Shown piece by piece: positions 17,698-28,325 of a stretch of DNA of 64,000 nt (the first letter of the stretch is position 1; each line of letters opens with the position of its first letter). The notes under the pieces are model-generated. The model saw only the letters and a program-made list of their open reading frames with translations. It was not told where the DNA came from and did not search any database. Location of the stretch: IMG/VR virus record IMGVR_UViG_3300018080_000149, positions 1 through 64,000 of that record; one strand, 5' to 3'. A program made the position numbers and the translations under genes. Source of the stretch: a virus.

Positions 17698-19388
17698 TAG
17701 AACACCCGTGGTAGATCCCTAGTGGACTCGAATTCGTAGCCTCTAGAGAGTGCGATGTCAGTATCGAACTGACCGTTCTGGCCTGTGTAACTCCAGTCGT
17801 ACCCGTCAACGTAGAAGATCCTACGTGTGCCAGAAGCGAATACACCTTCGTGGCTACCTATGTTGACGATCATACGCCCACCTAGATACATACCACGAAC
17901 GAACTTGTGTATCTGCATATCTCCAGTTAGGACCTCAACCTGGTCAAGGCCCGCCCTCTGAAGCCTCTCGTTCCACTCTCGCATCAACTCAGGTGAAGCT
18001 GTTGGTACTGTCGGAGGAGTGTTATTCGAGCTATTGTCTGGCCAACAAGCGGTTTGGTCCTGATATATCCGCATACCATGACGGCGAATCATATCAAGAG
18101 CCCGTGGTCTGTCAGCGTCGAATCCAGTCAACCCTGTAGCCGCCCTAAACTGCGAGCGGTCTAGTGACGTTGGTTCGATCCATGACAGGTTGTAATGATC
18201 TGAATCCGATATACCGACATTCAACATTGCCAAGTCATTTAGACTAAGCTCTGGTCCATCAAGGGCTGTTAGCTCGTCAGGAAACAACGGACGCCTCATC
18301 AGTATCATGTGCGGGGCGATGTCTTGGAATAGCTTACCAACAGCGTCAGATACAGCGTTGGCCGCACCAACAACGTCGTCAAAAGCTGACTCCAAGTAAC
18401 CACCTTGTACAGTCCTGAGAAGGTTTCCGTTGGCCTCACTTATATGGCTAGCCCCATCAGCAGTGATTCGCCTCACGTCATATATAAGGGCGTTCATTGG
18501 GGTGTTAGCCCACTCGTCAATGAAGCGTGACAGGGGAAGACCAAGCATGTTGACCATACCCTGTGGTGTCGAGAACGTCCTGTCCGGTAAGTTCTCAAAC
18601 TTCATCTTTATCAAGTGCCACAATGGTGTCCTCGTTTGAGGTAGTTCAAACTGCCCCATTATAGCGTTGATTGGTGTCTGTCCAGCGGAGGCTGTCGTGT
18701 CAGTGTATTGTGTCCCGTTGGCCCCAGTAAGCGACGCAACAAGACGGTCGATATCCTCTTGGGCCATAGACTCACGAGTACGAAACTCCGTGGCCTGACG
18801 CTGAAGAAACTCCTCAGTCCCCTCTGCGTCAAGAAACGTCTGTACAACGCTAGCAATAGCCTCACCAATCTTTGGTATGGTTTGGTTGTCAACCATAGCC
18901 CTTATAGCTATGTCGTACATTGTAGCAATGTTGATCGCGGAGGACACCCAAGCGTCACTGATACACGACGTGTTTTGAAATGCCTTTTCCCAACCACTAC
19001 ATGAAACGTGTATGGTCCAGTAAGCCGCGCCAGTAGGTGGGGCATTCATTGTTGAACGAACATCGTCAATGAAACCCATAAACAATGGTTCCGGCGGATC
19101 ACCATCCATGGGGTCAACAAAGATGAACACCCAATCGTTAGGGCGCAAAACATCCATGTAGCCCTGGTCAGTTCTATCGACAAACGACTTTCTACCGGAA
19201 GGCGTGTTCGCAACAACTGACCGAACCTGAGGTACACCTCGTGGGTATAGCTGAAGCTTACATCTTTGCATACCACCGAGTGACTTACTACCACTGGCGC
19301 TGACTATGTCCGATAGAACAACGAAAGGGCCAATAGACCAGGTCCAAAACAGAGCGAATACTCTGTGTCTACCATAGAAGGGCATCAA
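17697..19388 (-). CDS. baseplate hub protein
   Basis: Between tape measure and spike; LRPNDWVFI...LFMGFIDDV; FYVDGYDWSY. Confidence 0.7.
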   Translation of the reverse strand: MMPFYGRHRVFALFWTWSIGPFVVLSDIVSASGSKSLGGMQRCKLQLYPRGVPQVRSVVANTPSGRKSFVDRTDQGYMDVLRPNDWVFIFVDPMDGDPPEPLFMGFIDDVRSTMNAPPTGAAYWTIHVSCSGWEKAFQNTSCISDAWVSSAINIATMYDIAIRAMVDNQTIPKIGEAIASVVQTFLDAEGTEEFLQRQATEFRTRESMAQEDIDRLVASLTGANGTQYTDTTASAGQTPINAIMGQFELPQTRTPLWHLIKMKFENLPDRTFSTPQGMVNMLGLPLSRFIDEWANTPMNALIYDVRRITADGASHISEANGNLLRTVQGGYLESAFDDVVGAANAVSDAVGKLFQDIAPHMILMRRPLFPDELTALDGPELSLNDLAMLNVGISDSDHYNLSWIEPTSLDRSQFRAATGLTGFDADRPRALDMIRRHGMRIYQDQTACWPDNSSNNTPPTVPTASPELMREWNERLQRAGLDQVEVLTGDMQIHKFVRGMYLGGRMIVNIGSHEGVFASGTRRIFYVDGYDWSYTGQNGQFDTDIALSRGYEFESTRDLPRVF

Positions 19389-21835
19389 TCCCTCCCCGCG
19401 TTACGACGTACAGCGTCAACACCAGGATCACCGGCGGGTAACCCGGACCTTATCTGCTGGACCCTTTCCACCAGGCTACCCTGTGCAGCTGCTACTTCCT
19501 CAGATGCCGACCTTCTCTCTCTCACGTAAGATTCCACAGCGCCAGAACGTCGCCGCTCTGGCGCTTGGCCAGCTCTAGCCGCCCGTATGGTTGCGTTCTC
19601 TGGGATCAGTGGTTCCTCAGTAGGAACTTGAAAGTCTGGACCTAACTCTTGGACAGACTCCCACAGAGTACCAGCCATCAGCCTGATATACTGCTCTGGC
19701 GTAATCTGTCCACTACCTAACTGGGAAGCGCCAGCCTCACGAGCCGCATTGATCGCTTGAATTGATGTACCAATTGCTGAAGTTCTCATGAGTCGGGCTG
19801 TGGCCCTCGTCTCTGTCATTTGGGCATTGTAGAACGTCCTGGCGTCAGCCGCCATCTCAGCGGAAATAGCGTATTGTTGTGCCGCAAAACCAGCCTGAGC
19901 CCTCATAGCCCCAAGCTGTTCTCTCATGATAGCCTGGCCGCGTTCGTTGACGTCTCGCATCGTATCAGCGAGGTCTTCGTCGCCTGTCTCAGTAACACCG
20001 ATAATGTCCTGGAGAAGGGCAACCATCTCCTCGTCAGTAAGGTCTCTACCTTCAGCTCTCGCCTGTTGAATCGCGCCACCACCACGTTCGACAATGTCAC
20101 GAATCATCTCAGGTGTTGCTTCTTGTCCTGTGATACCCTGGAACAACTGTTGGACACCAACAGCCGCCCCGTAACGTGTGCTTGATGAACGTAGAATGTT
20201 TCTCATGGCTGGGGCCATCAGCTCCACGCCAGCCCCAAATGGGTCAGCCTGTGCCTCTATAGTACCACCCTCACCATAGATCATCTCGTACATGTCCCCA
20301 CCAAACCGACCACGGTTCGTTGAGATAAGTTGCGACATAGACCAAGGGTCGCCACCACCCGAGAGTAGGGAACGGGTCATTTGACCACCAGCTCCCATGA
20401 TCGGGGCTAGGAACCTACCTGCGGCTTGTAGACCAACCCCGCGCGTTCTGGCGACGTTTGCTGTCGTGGCGGATACGCTGTCTATAAGGTCTCTCATTTG
20501 ATCCTGGCGAATCATACCAGGACCACTGATTGCGATACCGACACCGGAGGAAACAGCCTGGGCGAACTCCGGTAGGCGTCGGCCAAAACCAGAGGCCACA
20601 GCGTCAGTCATGACACGAAGCATAACGCCTTCGCGTGTCTCAGCCGACCCCATAGGTCCGCCAAGCTGACCACCACCGCCAATGTTCACCAGACCACCGA
20701 TTGCGGAACCAAGACCACCCATGTTGAGACCATAGGCTCGCGAAAACGCCATGGATGTTCTTAGTGTGTCATCTGTTAGTGGACCACCGCCAAAACCTTG
20801 TGCTAGAGCTGAAAACTCTGGTCCTATCTGATCTGGTCCGTAGCCGAATGAGACCGGGCGTGCTCGTCTGATCGAACGTAGATCAAGACCGTATTGGCCA
20901 ACGGAAGCCATGGACGCCGAGGTCGACAGGAAGCCGGGATAGCGCTGCATCCCCTCTGAGATGTAGCGCCCCATCATACCTGAGACCATCTGACGACCAA
21001 TCTCCGCGCCACCGATCTGTCCTGCTACTTCGCCAAGGCCAGCGGGTAGCCCCATTGTACGAGCTACGTCAGCGCCAAGATTACCGCCGATACCCACACC
21101 ACCAGCGGCACCAAAAGCGCCACCGATTACTTGTGACATCAAACCGGCTGGACCTTGGCCAATACCACCCAACATACCGCGAACAGCGCCGTATGTGCGT
21201 GCCATATCGGTAGCTGATAGGCCCCTGTCAGCGTTTACACCACCAGTAGCTTGTCCGCCTTCAGCTAAACCGGCTAGGACCAGACTATGCCTCACTCGGT
21301 TACTGGTATCACTACCAAATAGGCCGCCGAGGAGTCCATCGGAGCCCTCCTCTCCTGTCCCTGTAAGGAACCCAGAAACCCCCCGGAGGGCACGACTCAC
21401 CCCATAGCCGACACCAGCGGTACCTAGCGCCCCAAGCGCAAGGGTTCCACCAGTACCCAACAAGCCCATTAGTCCGCCGCCACCAAAGAGGCCCATTAGG
21501 CCACCCAGACCGCCACCACCGCCAGCAGAACCGCCAGCGCCTAAACCACCTGTTGACCCAAGACCAGCTTGTAAGCGGGTTGACGCCATTGATTCACGGA
21601 TGGACTGTGCGGCATCCTTCGCGTCTTTGAAAGAGCCTGACAGGTCTTTCGCCAAGTCGCGAAGCTCGGCCATGGGGCGAACCATGTCGGACAGAGCGCT
21701 CTGCATGGACTGTAGCGAGGTGTCTACGTCGTCGAAACCTTGTTGTAGCTCTTGTACCTGGCTCTCAAAGGCACTTTCCAGGTCAGCCATATCGGCGTCG
21801 AAACCTAAAGTTACTTCAATTTCCTCGTTAGCCAT
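19385..21835 (-). CDS. tape measure protein
   Basis: 816 aa, Gly/Ala-rich and helical; follows the tail chaperones. Confidence 0.8.
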   Translation of the reverse strand: MANEEIEVTLGFDADMADLESAFESQVQELQQGFDDVDTSLQSMQSALSDMVRPMAELRDLAKDLSGSFKDAKDAAQSIRESMASTRLQAGLGSTGGLGAGGSAGGGGGLGGLMGLFGGGGLMGLLGTGGTLALGALGTAGVGYGVSRALRGVSGFLTGTGEEGSDGLLGGLFGSDTSNRVRHSLVLAGLAEGGQATGGVNADRGLSATDMARTYGAVRGMLGGIGQGPAGLMSQVIGGAFGAAGGVGIGGNLGADVARTMGLPAGLGEVAGQIGGAEIGRQMVSGMMGRYISEGMQRYPGFLSTSASMASVGQYGLDLRSIRRARPVSFGYGPDQIGPEFSALAQGFGGGPLTDDTLRTSMAFSRAYGLNMGGLGSAIGGLVNIGGGGQLGGPMGSAETREGVMLRVMTDAVASGFGRRLPEFAQAVSSGVGIAISGPGMIRQDQMRDLIDSVSATTANVARTRGVGLQAAGRFLAPIMGAGGQMTRSLLSGGGDPWSMSQLISTNRGRFGGDMYEMIYGEGGTIEAQADPFGAGVELMAPAMRNILRSSSTRYGAAVGVQQLFQGITGQEATPEMIRDIVERGGGAIQQARAEGRDLTDEEMVALLQDIIGVTETGDEDLADTMRDVNERGQAIMREQLGAMRAQAGFAAQQYAISAEMAADARTFYNAQMTETRATARLMRTSAIGTSIQAINAAREAGASQLGSGQITPEQYIRLMAGTLWESVQELGPDFQVPTEEPLIPENATIRAARAGQAPERRRSGAVESYVRERRSASEEVAAAQGSLVERVQQIRSGLPAGDPGVDAVRRNAGRD

Positions 21836-22310
21836 TAGAGCCTCTCATCCGTTCTTCGATTGCACTAAGAAGGTCAACCTCGTCCGGGAACTCGTCATCG
21901 TCCGGGAAAGCCTCTACAGCTTTTTGCTTGATCTTATCCCGATCACTAGACTGTCCATCGGCCCACTCTTCTTCCATCGCATCGAAAACAGGGCTACCAG
22001 TCTTAGTTATTTCTACCCCCTTGTGTACGACCTTTCGCACAGGTCTACCGTCTACACCTAGCTCAAGTCGCTCATCTTCGATAGCGTCAGCTATCATCTC
22101 AACAAGCATATCCTCGAACGTGTAGTCAGTAAGCCTTGGGTCTGTTCTGGGTAGGTTGTACTTCTTCATGAAGTAACGCAACACATGATCGTTCTTTAGG
22201 TGATCCTGGGCCGCGTCAAACAGATCGTCTGGGATCGTTTTGTCAGTGCGTGGGGCTCCGAGAACCCCGCGTGTCTCAGTCGCCGTCTTCCTTCTGTGAA
22301 GACTCTTCAT
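21828..22310 (-). CDS. tail assembly chaperone, downstream (T-like) ORF
   Basis: Overlaps the upstream chaperone in the +1 frame; KKYNLPRTDPRL motif; directly before the tape measure. Confidence 0.7.
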   Translation of the reverse strand: MKSLHRRKTATETRGVLGAPRTDKTIPDDLFDAAQDHLKNDHVLRYFMKKYNLPRTDPRLTDYTFEDMLVEMIADAIEDERLELGVDGRPVRKVVHKGVEITKTGSPVFDAMEEEWADGQSSDRDKIKQKAVEAFPDDDEFPDEVDLLSAIEERMRGSNG

Positions 22311-22641
22311 TACGAAAAGGCGCAGCCTTGTCCCGCGCCTTTATCATCTTAGAGCCGACGTGGAGGATGACACGAGTGTCCGCGACAGACTCATCTGCTG
22401 TGAGTTCCCCCCACCAATCGGGGATGTTCTCACCACAGACAGTCACCGTCGCGATAGTCGTCATCAAGACCTCGAACTGCGAAGACGTGAAGTTCTCGCC
22501 TTGGTTCATACGCGACAGCGCCGCGCTGATAGCCCCGAGGTCTCCAATGTCAGGACGCCTCATGTGAAAGGTGCCCTCGTACTGTCGCCCGTCGAGACGT
22601 GACTTGATGTCAACGTGGAAGCTGTATTCTTTCTTCAGCAT
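22276..22641 (-). CDS. tail assembly chaperone (G-like)
   Basis: Follows the tube gene; start reassigned to ATG 22641 with GGAGG SD. Confidence 0.7.
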   Translation of the reverse strand: MLKKEYSFHVDIKSRLDGRQYEGTFHMRRPDIGDLGAISAALSRMNQGENFTSSQFEVLMTTIATVTVCGENIPDWWGELTADESVADTRVILHVGSKMIKARDKAAPFRNEESSQKEDGD

Positions 22642-22661
22642 CTTACGGCCCTCCGTAAACG

Positions 22662-22720
22662 AAAAAAGGGTGGGGCGGTTCCTGGCCGGGCGCTTCGACC
22701 CTAACAAGGAACCGCCCCAC
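22662..22720 (-). terminator. terminator/attenuator after tail tube
   Basis: 14-bp stem GTGGGGCGGTTCCT/AGGAACCGCCCCAC with a large loop, followed by CCTTTTTT. Confidence 0.7.
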
Positions 22721-22789
22721 GAGAACAAGCTGGGGCGTTAGCCCCGCACCCGGTAGGCGAACCATCCGGGGGGATTGATCTGTCTCAGA

Positions 22790-23236
22790 TCAGATGTCAG
22801 CGGTCCCTTCGTCAGAGAAGAAGATCGCGACGAACGTGCAGTTGGTCGCCACCAGACCGCGAGCCTGGATAGCGATGTTCCTGGTACGGGGACGGACCCT
22901 GTAGATCTTGCCCACAGGAATATCCAGGTACGAATCCCAGATCTCCGCCGTCATCTCGGGGAAGTCCACGAGAATGTTTTTGTGCTCGTCGGGCGTTCGC
23001 CCAAGCTGGGGCCACAACCCAGAGGCTACGAGGTCCTTCTGTGGAACCTTGTAGATCTGAGCCTGCATCTGAACAGTGTAGCCGGTCGTGACATGTTCCG
23101 CCGGATGGATCATGTCCAACACAACGGCAGGTTCCTGAATGATGTCCTCTGTGATGGTAACGCCCATGGCCCAACCAACACGTACACCATTCAGAAAGAA
23201 CCTAGCTCGTGAGCCAGTGAGGATATTTTGTGCCAT
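22790..23236 (-). CDS. tail tube protein
   Basis: 148 aa directly after the sheath; NILTGSRARFFLNG..VGWA. Confidence 0.85.
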   Translation of the reverse strand: MAQNILTGSRARFFLNGVRVGWAMGVTITEDIIQEPAVVLDMIHPAEHVTTGYTVQMQAQIYKVPQKDLVASGLWPQLGRTPDEHKNILVDFPEMTAEIWDSYLDIPVGKIYRVRPRTRNIAIQARGLVATNCTFVAIFFSDEGTADI

Positions 23237-23248
23237 GACTCAATCCTC

Positions 23249-25123
23249 CTACGCCAGAGCCGTCGGGAGCGTCGCCCGGAACTCGTTGAGCGCCCAGTTG
23301 ATGCCCTGTGTGAAAGTGATCTCTCCGTCACAGTAGAGTTGATCACCGGAAAGCCAGACAGAGATGTCGCGGTACGGAGGAACGGTGTTACCCTGCTCAT
23401 CGGTCCCCTCAATGAGGAGAACGTCGGGGTCGTTAGTGTTGGAGACCGCCCTGAGTACGTCGAGGACTCTCCCCTTGTACGCATTGGCGGATCGTACACC
23501 ACGACCTTTGTGGCCGATGAACGGGCGCTCAACGTTTCGCCGCAGAAGACGGTGGAGCCACAGGCGCGACTCGACAACCTCCAACATGATATGGCCATCA
23601 TTGTCAGAAGTCTTGTAAGTCGTGATGCCCTTGGCGAAGCGGATACCGACACCGGGGTCCGCCTCCAAAAAGAGGAGACCAGCGTTGATCGCGGCGGCGA
23701 AGTCTGCGCTCTCGTCTGGGTCGAAGTCAGTAGCGACTGACCGGAAGTCATACGCTCTGACATACTTGAACGTCAACGGTGTACCGATGGGAGAGCCCGC
23801 CATGATAGCCGCCGCAGCGACAGCCATACAGTGAGCCCCCATCCATTGGATGGTACCGGAAGGCCCCTCTCTGTACACCTCGTTCTGAGTGACTGCGAAC
23901 CATTCGTTGTTGTAGCTCGCGAAGTCCGAGACCAACTGAGCCAGAGTCAAGGTTGAGGCGTGATTCCAGCAACCGAACCCCTGACACTCTGATCTTCCTC
24001 CGATTGGGTTACGCGCGTTCAAGCTGTCAGTAATCCAACCGTTGACTGACGAGAGTGCGATAGCCCCACCAGCTCCATACGTAGCGTCCGAGAACGCCGA
24101 CGCCAGAAACCGACAGTTGATCTTCTTTGCGACTTTGAGGGCCGCCTTGATGGTGGTCTCCGTCGACTCTCCCTGAGTACCACCAGCGAGGTAGGTTGTA
24201 GTGAACGTGTCAGGCACGTAACCACCGAGCCATGTAGCCTCAACGTACACAGAGTTGGCGTTGATCCATGTGACCATGTCGTAGGACACGCCAAAGAACG
24301 ACGCCACGCCAGCAATAGCTGTAGCGGCGAATTCATCCATGTACGTAGCCACTACTTCCGCTCGCTCGGGGCGGAGTACAGTAGCCTCGTAGATCTGTGC
24401 ACCGCCGAACTGGAAGGAGTTGATCTCCGCCACGAGTTCCTGGATCGTCTTGCCAGTGGCGGTGAACGTAGTGTCCTCACCAGCGGTGTCAGAGTCCATA
24501 GTGAGCGTAGTCCCGTCGAAAGCCGCAGTAGCCGTTGGGCCAGTGAAACCGGCGGCGGGACCGATAGAGATCCATTCGTCCGTACCAGCGACAGCGAACA
24601 CACCAGAGGCGTCGCTTGAATCTTGCTCGCCAATGTTGGGCGCGTTGTCGCGACCAACGACGATCTTGATACCTGTACCAGAGGCTTCGACCTTGGCCCA
24701 GGTTTGGTTGCCTTTGAGACCCCAGATAAGGTCTTGGATCTTGAGCGCGTCGTTGGCCGACGCGTCTTTGAGAGTAAGCTCGGCTTGCCCACTCTGATTC
24801 GTCTTGATCACGTACACCTTGTCACAGCCGCCGATGGGGACACCATCTTCGTCTTGACCGTCGAGTGCAGGACCAAAAGCGAACCGAGCGACCTCGGCGA
24901 GATACCCAGACTGGAAGGTGTCTATCATCTGTTGGGCACTGGTGAACACATGGTACACGGGGTCACTAACCGAAGCTTGGGGCTTCCCCGCGTCCGCTTC
25001 CCCAATAATGGCAATCGCTCGCTCCGCCCCGAGGTCGAGGTTTGTGAGCGCTGACATATTGGTGAAGGTGTATGCGCCAGGCCGGTAGAGAGTCTGACCC
25101 TTCCACCGGATGTTCCTTGGCAT
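23249..25123 (-). CDS. tail sheath protein
   Basis: YRPGAY, AIIGEADAGKP, PLTFKY, GIRFAKGITT, FIGHKG motifs. Confidence 0.92.
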   Translation of the reverse strand: MPRNIRWKGQTLYRPGAYTFTNMSALTNLDLGAERAIAIIGEADAGKPQASVSDPVYHVFTSAQQMIDTFQSGYLAEVARFAFGPALDGQDEDGVPIGGCDKVYVIKTNQSGQAELTLKDASANDALKIQDLIWGLKGNQTWAKVEASGTGIKIVVGRDNAPNIGEQDSSDASGVFAVAGTDEWISIGPAAGFTGPTATAAFDGTTLTMDSDTAGEDTTFTATGKTIQELVAEINSFQFGGAQIYEATVLRPERAEVVATYMDEFAATAIAGVASFFGVSYDMVTWINANSVYVEATWLGGYVPDTFTTTYLAGGTQGESTETTIKAALKVAKKINCRFLASAFSDATYGAGGAIALSSVNGWITDSLNARNPIGGRSECQGFGCWNHASTLTLAQLVSDFASYNNEWFAVTQNEVYREGPSGTIQWMGAHCMAVAAAAIMAGSPIGTPLTFKYVRAYDFRSVATDFDPDESADFAAAINAGLLFLEADPGVGIRFAKGITTYKTSDNDGHIMLEVVESRLWLHRLLRRNVERPFIGHKGRGVRSANAYKGRVLDVLRAVSNTNDPDVLLIEGTDEQGNTVPPYRDISVWLSGDQLYCDGEITFTQGINWALNEFRATLPTALA

Positions 25124-25126
25124 TCG

Positions 25127-26122
25127 TTATACCTCACCACATTCGGGGTCTTCACCCCATGTTACTAGGTCAGTTTGGAATTGAAGTGTCGTACTGCCTG
25201 ATCGTCCTGGCGTGTTGGCGTCAAGCTCAGCGTTAGCTCCTCGGAGCCCGCTATCAGGCGGCGGTGAAATGTGCTTGTAAGCCACCCAATCAATCAGACC
25301 ACTGATCGTGATTTCTGATCTGTATCCGATAGCCGGACGAATCTGATCCCACAAGGACATGCTGCGAAAACCGAAGTCAAGGTCGACCAAACCCGCTTCA
25401 AGGATCTCGTCGTGTTTTAGCTGAAGCTCTCGCCAAATCAGCCCTTCTAGGAACAAGGTCAGCAATGGGTTTTCGGTCTCGATAAAGACCACGCCATTGA
25501 ACCGGAACGTGTGGGCGTACAAGTCACCGCCAGTTAGCCCATACGAAGCAAACCTAGTAACAACTAGGCTGTCACCCGCTACAAGGGGTGAGGCCAGAGT
25601 TATCCGACGCGACGCCGAATCCACACTGAACTCGTCCTCGTCTGCATCTAGCTCGATACGCTGACCACCACGTATGACAACAACGTCAACAGAGGACGAG
25701 ATCAACTCACCTGTGACGGGCAGCTTGTAAACGGTTTCACCGCCTACGGCTGACTCCTCTAAAACCGTCTCGGTCTCGACAGGGTTGATGTCCTCGTCAA
25801 CAGCCCCAGCATCATCCCCAATAATTGGGTCCTCTGAGGGCATTGTCTCTCTCATGACAGTGATCATCGGTAGCTGTTGACGCTCAACCGGGAATCGTAA
25901 GGAAACTGACGGGGGTCTTTGCTGGAGTTTGTGGAGACAGGAGTCCACCTGATCGTTTGTCAACGTGGCGAACAGCCGCTCCTCTTGCTCATACTTCGCG
26001 TACTCACCTTTACCAAACACCTCTGGTAGGTGAGACAGCGCCGCGTGAAGAACAATCTGCGGGATCGTGATACCCGCGTTGTCCCTCACAGGCCGTAGGT
26101 ATCGGGGACGAAGTTTCCTCAT
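25127..26122 (-). CDS. neck / tail-completion protein
   Basis: Position immediately upstream of the sheath. Confidence 0.55.
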   Translation of the reverse strand: MRKLRPRYLRPVRDNAGITIPQIVLHAALSHLPEVFGKGEYAKYEQEERLFATLTNDQVDSCLHKLQQRPPSVSLRFPVERQQLPMITVMRETMPSEDPIIGDDAGAVDEDINPVETETVLEESAVGGETVYKLPVTGELISSSVDVVVIRGGQRIELDADEDEFSVDSASRRITLASPLVAGDSLVVTRFASYGLTGGDLYAHTFRFNGVVFIETENPLLTLFLEGLIWRELQLKHDEILEAGLVDLDFGFRSMSLWDQIRPAIGYRSEITISGLIDWVAYKHISPPPDSGLRGANAELDANTPGRSGSTTLQFQTDLVTWGEDPECGEV

Positions 26123-26556
26123 CTTATTGCCTCGCTAACATAGCTAGCGAGTTTCTCCCGGACACGCTCAACAACATTGGCCCCTTTGAAGCCTGGATGT
26201 TTCCATCCTTTGCTATTGGCTGTGACGGTACGGAACTCAGGCTCAGACTGGCCCGGGAGCTGAAGCGGGATTACCCTGCTAAACTGTCCCTTCAAAAGCC
26301 CAGGCTTCATGTCAAAGGACTTCCATCCTGTCTCAAGCAGCCTAGCCACTTTGTCTAGAATGTAGGCTCCTGGCCGAGTCTTGTATGGTGTGATCGCGTG
26401 TAGGTACCTGTTCTTTGCCCTAGCGGACAACCCAGCTCGTTCAACCTCGTTACGCCAGAGTTTCACAGCTACGTTAGCTATGTTCCTACGAGAGCGTGCG
26501 AGTTTACCACGAGCCACATTGGCCAATGAACCTTTGATGGTGAAGCGGGCTTTCAT
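26119..26556 (-). CDS. neck protein
   Basis: FDMKPGLL, FRTVTANS.GWKHPG motifs; synteny. Confidence 0.6.
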   Translation of the reverse strand: MKARFTIKGSLANVARGKLARSRRNIANVAVKLWRNEVERAGLSARAKNRYLHAITPYKTRPGAYILDKVARLLETGWKSFDMKPGLLKGQFSRVIPLQLPGQSEPEFRTVTANSKGWKHPGFKGANVVERVREKLASYVSEAIR

Positions 26557-27371
26557 GAGCCCTCCCCAGAGTCGACGTCGCCGCGCTGCGAGACATCTTT
26601 CTCGAACCTACCAGACCAAATATCAGCTCTGACAGCGCTACAGGACTGAGGCATCTTTACCCACTCCTCCGAGCCATCCTTCGAGAAGGCCGTGGACATT
26701 TGTCCACGAAACGCAGAGGACAGGGAGTCAATGATGTAGTATGGAGACGCCATGAAGACACCACTAATGATGCTCTGATCCCACACAACACCCCTCTCTG
26801 GAAAGCGAAGGATGTTTTTCTTTCTGTCAAGCTGGTAGTCTGTGCCTCGGTTCAAGACACGTATCTTTAGAGTCGTGGGTTCGTTAGTGACAAGAGAGCG
26901 GACGTCCTGTACGTCAAACGGAAGTCTTATGCCCTTCATCCTGGCGTGGTATCGCCTAACGTGGCGGATAGGAACAATCGTCCTATACAGGTGAAGCCTA
27001 TCCCCCTCTGCGATAGTCACGTCAGAGGGCGTCACGACTCTTATTTGGTTAGTCGACAGTGTACCCTCGGGAATGTAAGAGTCCGATGCGCCAGACCCCA
27101 TCACTGGGGCCATGATCTCAATCGGATCACCTGGATAAGCGTAGCCTGTTCCGCTACACTCCGGGCAATCAACAACAGCTTCTCCAGACCCACCTTCCCG
27201 AATGGGTTTGATACATGGACAGATGACATGTGGTGTGAGCTTTATGGGCGTACCCCGCTGACGCAACAGAGTGTTGAGCCACGGAACCTGTTTCGCCAGA
27301 TCGAATCTCATAAATGAGTTCGGAAGACGGGGCAGATTCAGACGGGGGAGCCCATTATCGTCTTTCGACAT
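26553..27371 (-). CDS. head-closure/neck protein with Zn motif
   Basis: CPC...CPECSGTG; synteny after the adaptor. Confidence 0.65.
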   Translation of the reverse strand: MSKDDNGLPRLNLPRLPNSFMRFDLAKQVPWLNTLLRQRGTPIKLTPHVICPCIKPIREGGSGEAVVDCPECSGTGYAYPGDPIEIMAPVMGSGASDSYIPEGTLSTNQIRVVTPSDVTIAEGDRLHLYRTIVPIRHVRRYHARMKGIRLPFDVQDVRSLVTNEPTTLKIRVLNRGTDYQLDRKKNILRFPERGVVWDQSIISGVFMASPYYIIDSLSSAFRGQMSTAFSKDGSEEWVKMPQSCSAVRADIWSGRFEKDVSQRGDVDSGEGS

Positions 27372-27494
27372 GGTGAGCCTCCCTAGAGGAGTGACCAGCC
27401 AGCGCCGGGCCGCAAAGCGCCAAAGATACCAGGCGGAACGGGCGACCAACCTGATACCTGGCTAATCACCCCACTAGGGGGGCTCACCCGGCAC

Positions 27495-28325
27495 TCACAA
27501 CAAAGCGATACCTGGCCTTCTCCACTGTTTCTGAAGTGTCTGGATGAGGCCAGGAACGCCCTGTTCCCCATACAACTCTCTACGGTGCATGATGATCCTG
27601 GCCGAGTAAGCCGCGTTCTCAGCGGAGGATGTCGTGTTGACTGACGTCGACACGCCATCCACTGACCCTGAAATGCTAGCGATACCGGCTCCAAGGACAA
27701 TGTCCCCAAGGATGTTGAGCGGGTGAATAGCCGCCCGAAGTGAAACAGCGCGAATTATGCTCTGTCTCATTCGGCGGTCCTTCCCATTCTCGTCCTTCAT
27801 CCCCTCAATTCCAGCATCGTACTCTACCCTAATCAGAGACGGAGCCCTGTGAGCTTTCACAACGCCAGGGAACAGAAGGGCGTAGTATGGGTCGTAGTTA
27901 TTGCTAATACCCAACATAGGAAGGATATTGACAATACCGAACTTTGACCCCGAGCCGTGGATCTGAATCAGATCAGAAGGCACATCCCACAAGTCCTGAC
28001 CTTGTTCACCATAAGTCAGCTTCAAGCTGTGAACACGAATAACAGGGTACCTACGAAGATTCACTTGCATGAAGTCCTCGAAAGTGTCCATGTCGTAGTC
28101 GTGTCGTTCAACGATGTGCTCATCAAACCTTATGGCGACATCCAGTGTGTCCTCCAACCAGTCAATAGACTCCTCGATTGCCTGTTGGATAACAGAGTCG
28201 GGGATAGTCTGTGACGGGTTCTGAGGATTGGGAAGCGCGACCTCTCCGGTCTCAGGGTCTTCTAGGTATATGCCAAAGAAGTGTTGACGAACCAACCACT
28301 GAGGGGTGAGGTCCTTTAGTAGCAT
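27495..28325 (-). CDS. head-tail adaptor protein
   Basis: GDIVLGAGIAS.S.SVDGVSTS..TTSSAENAAYSARI motif typical of large myophage neck proteins. Confidence 0.7.
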   Translation of the reverse strand: MLLKDLTPQWLVRQHFFGIYLEDPETGEVALPNPQNPSQTIPDSVIQQAIEESIDWLEDTLDVAIRFDEHIVERHDYDMDTFEDFMQVNLRRYPVIRVHSLKLTYGEQGQDLWDVPSDLIQIHGSGSKFGIVNILPMLGISNNYDPYYALLFPGVVKAHRAPSLIRVEYDAGIEGMKDENGKDRRMRQSIIRAVSLRAAIHPLNILGDIVLGAGIASISGSVDGVSTSVNTTSSAENAAYSARIIMHRRELYGEQGVPGLIQTLQKQWRRPGIALL

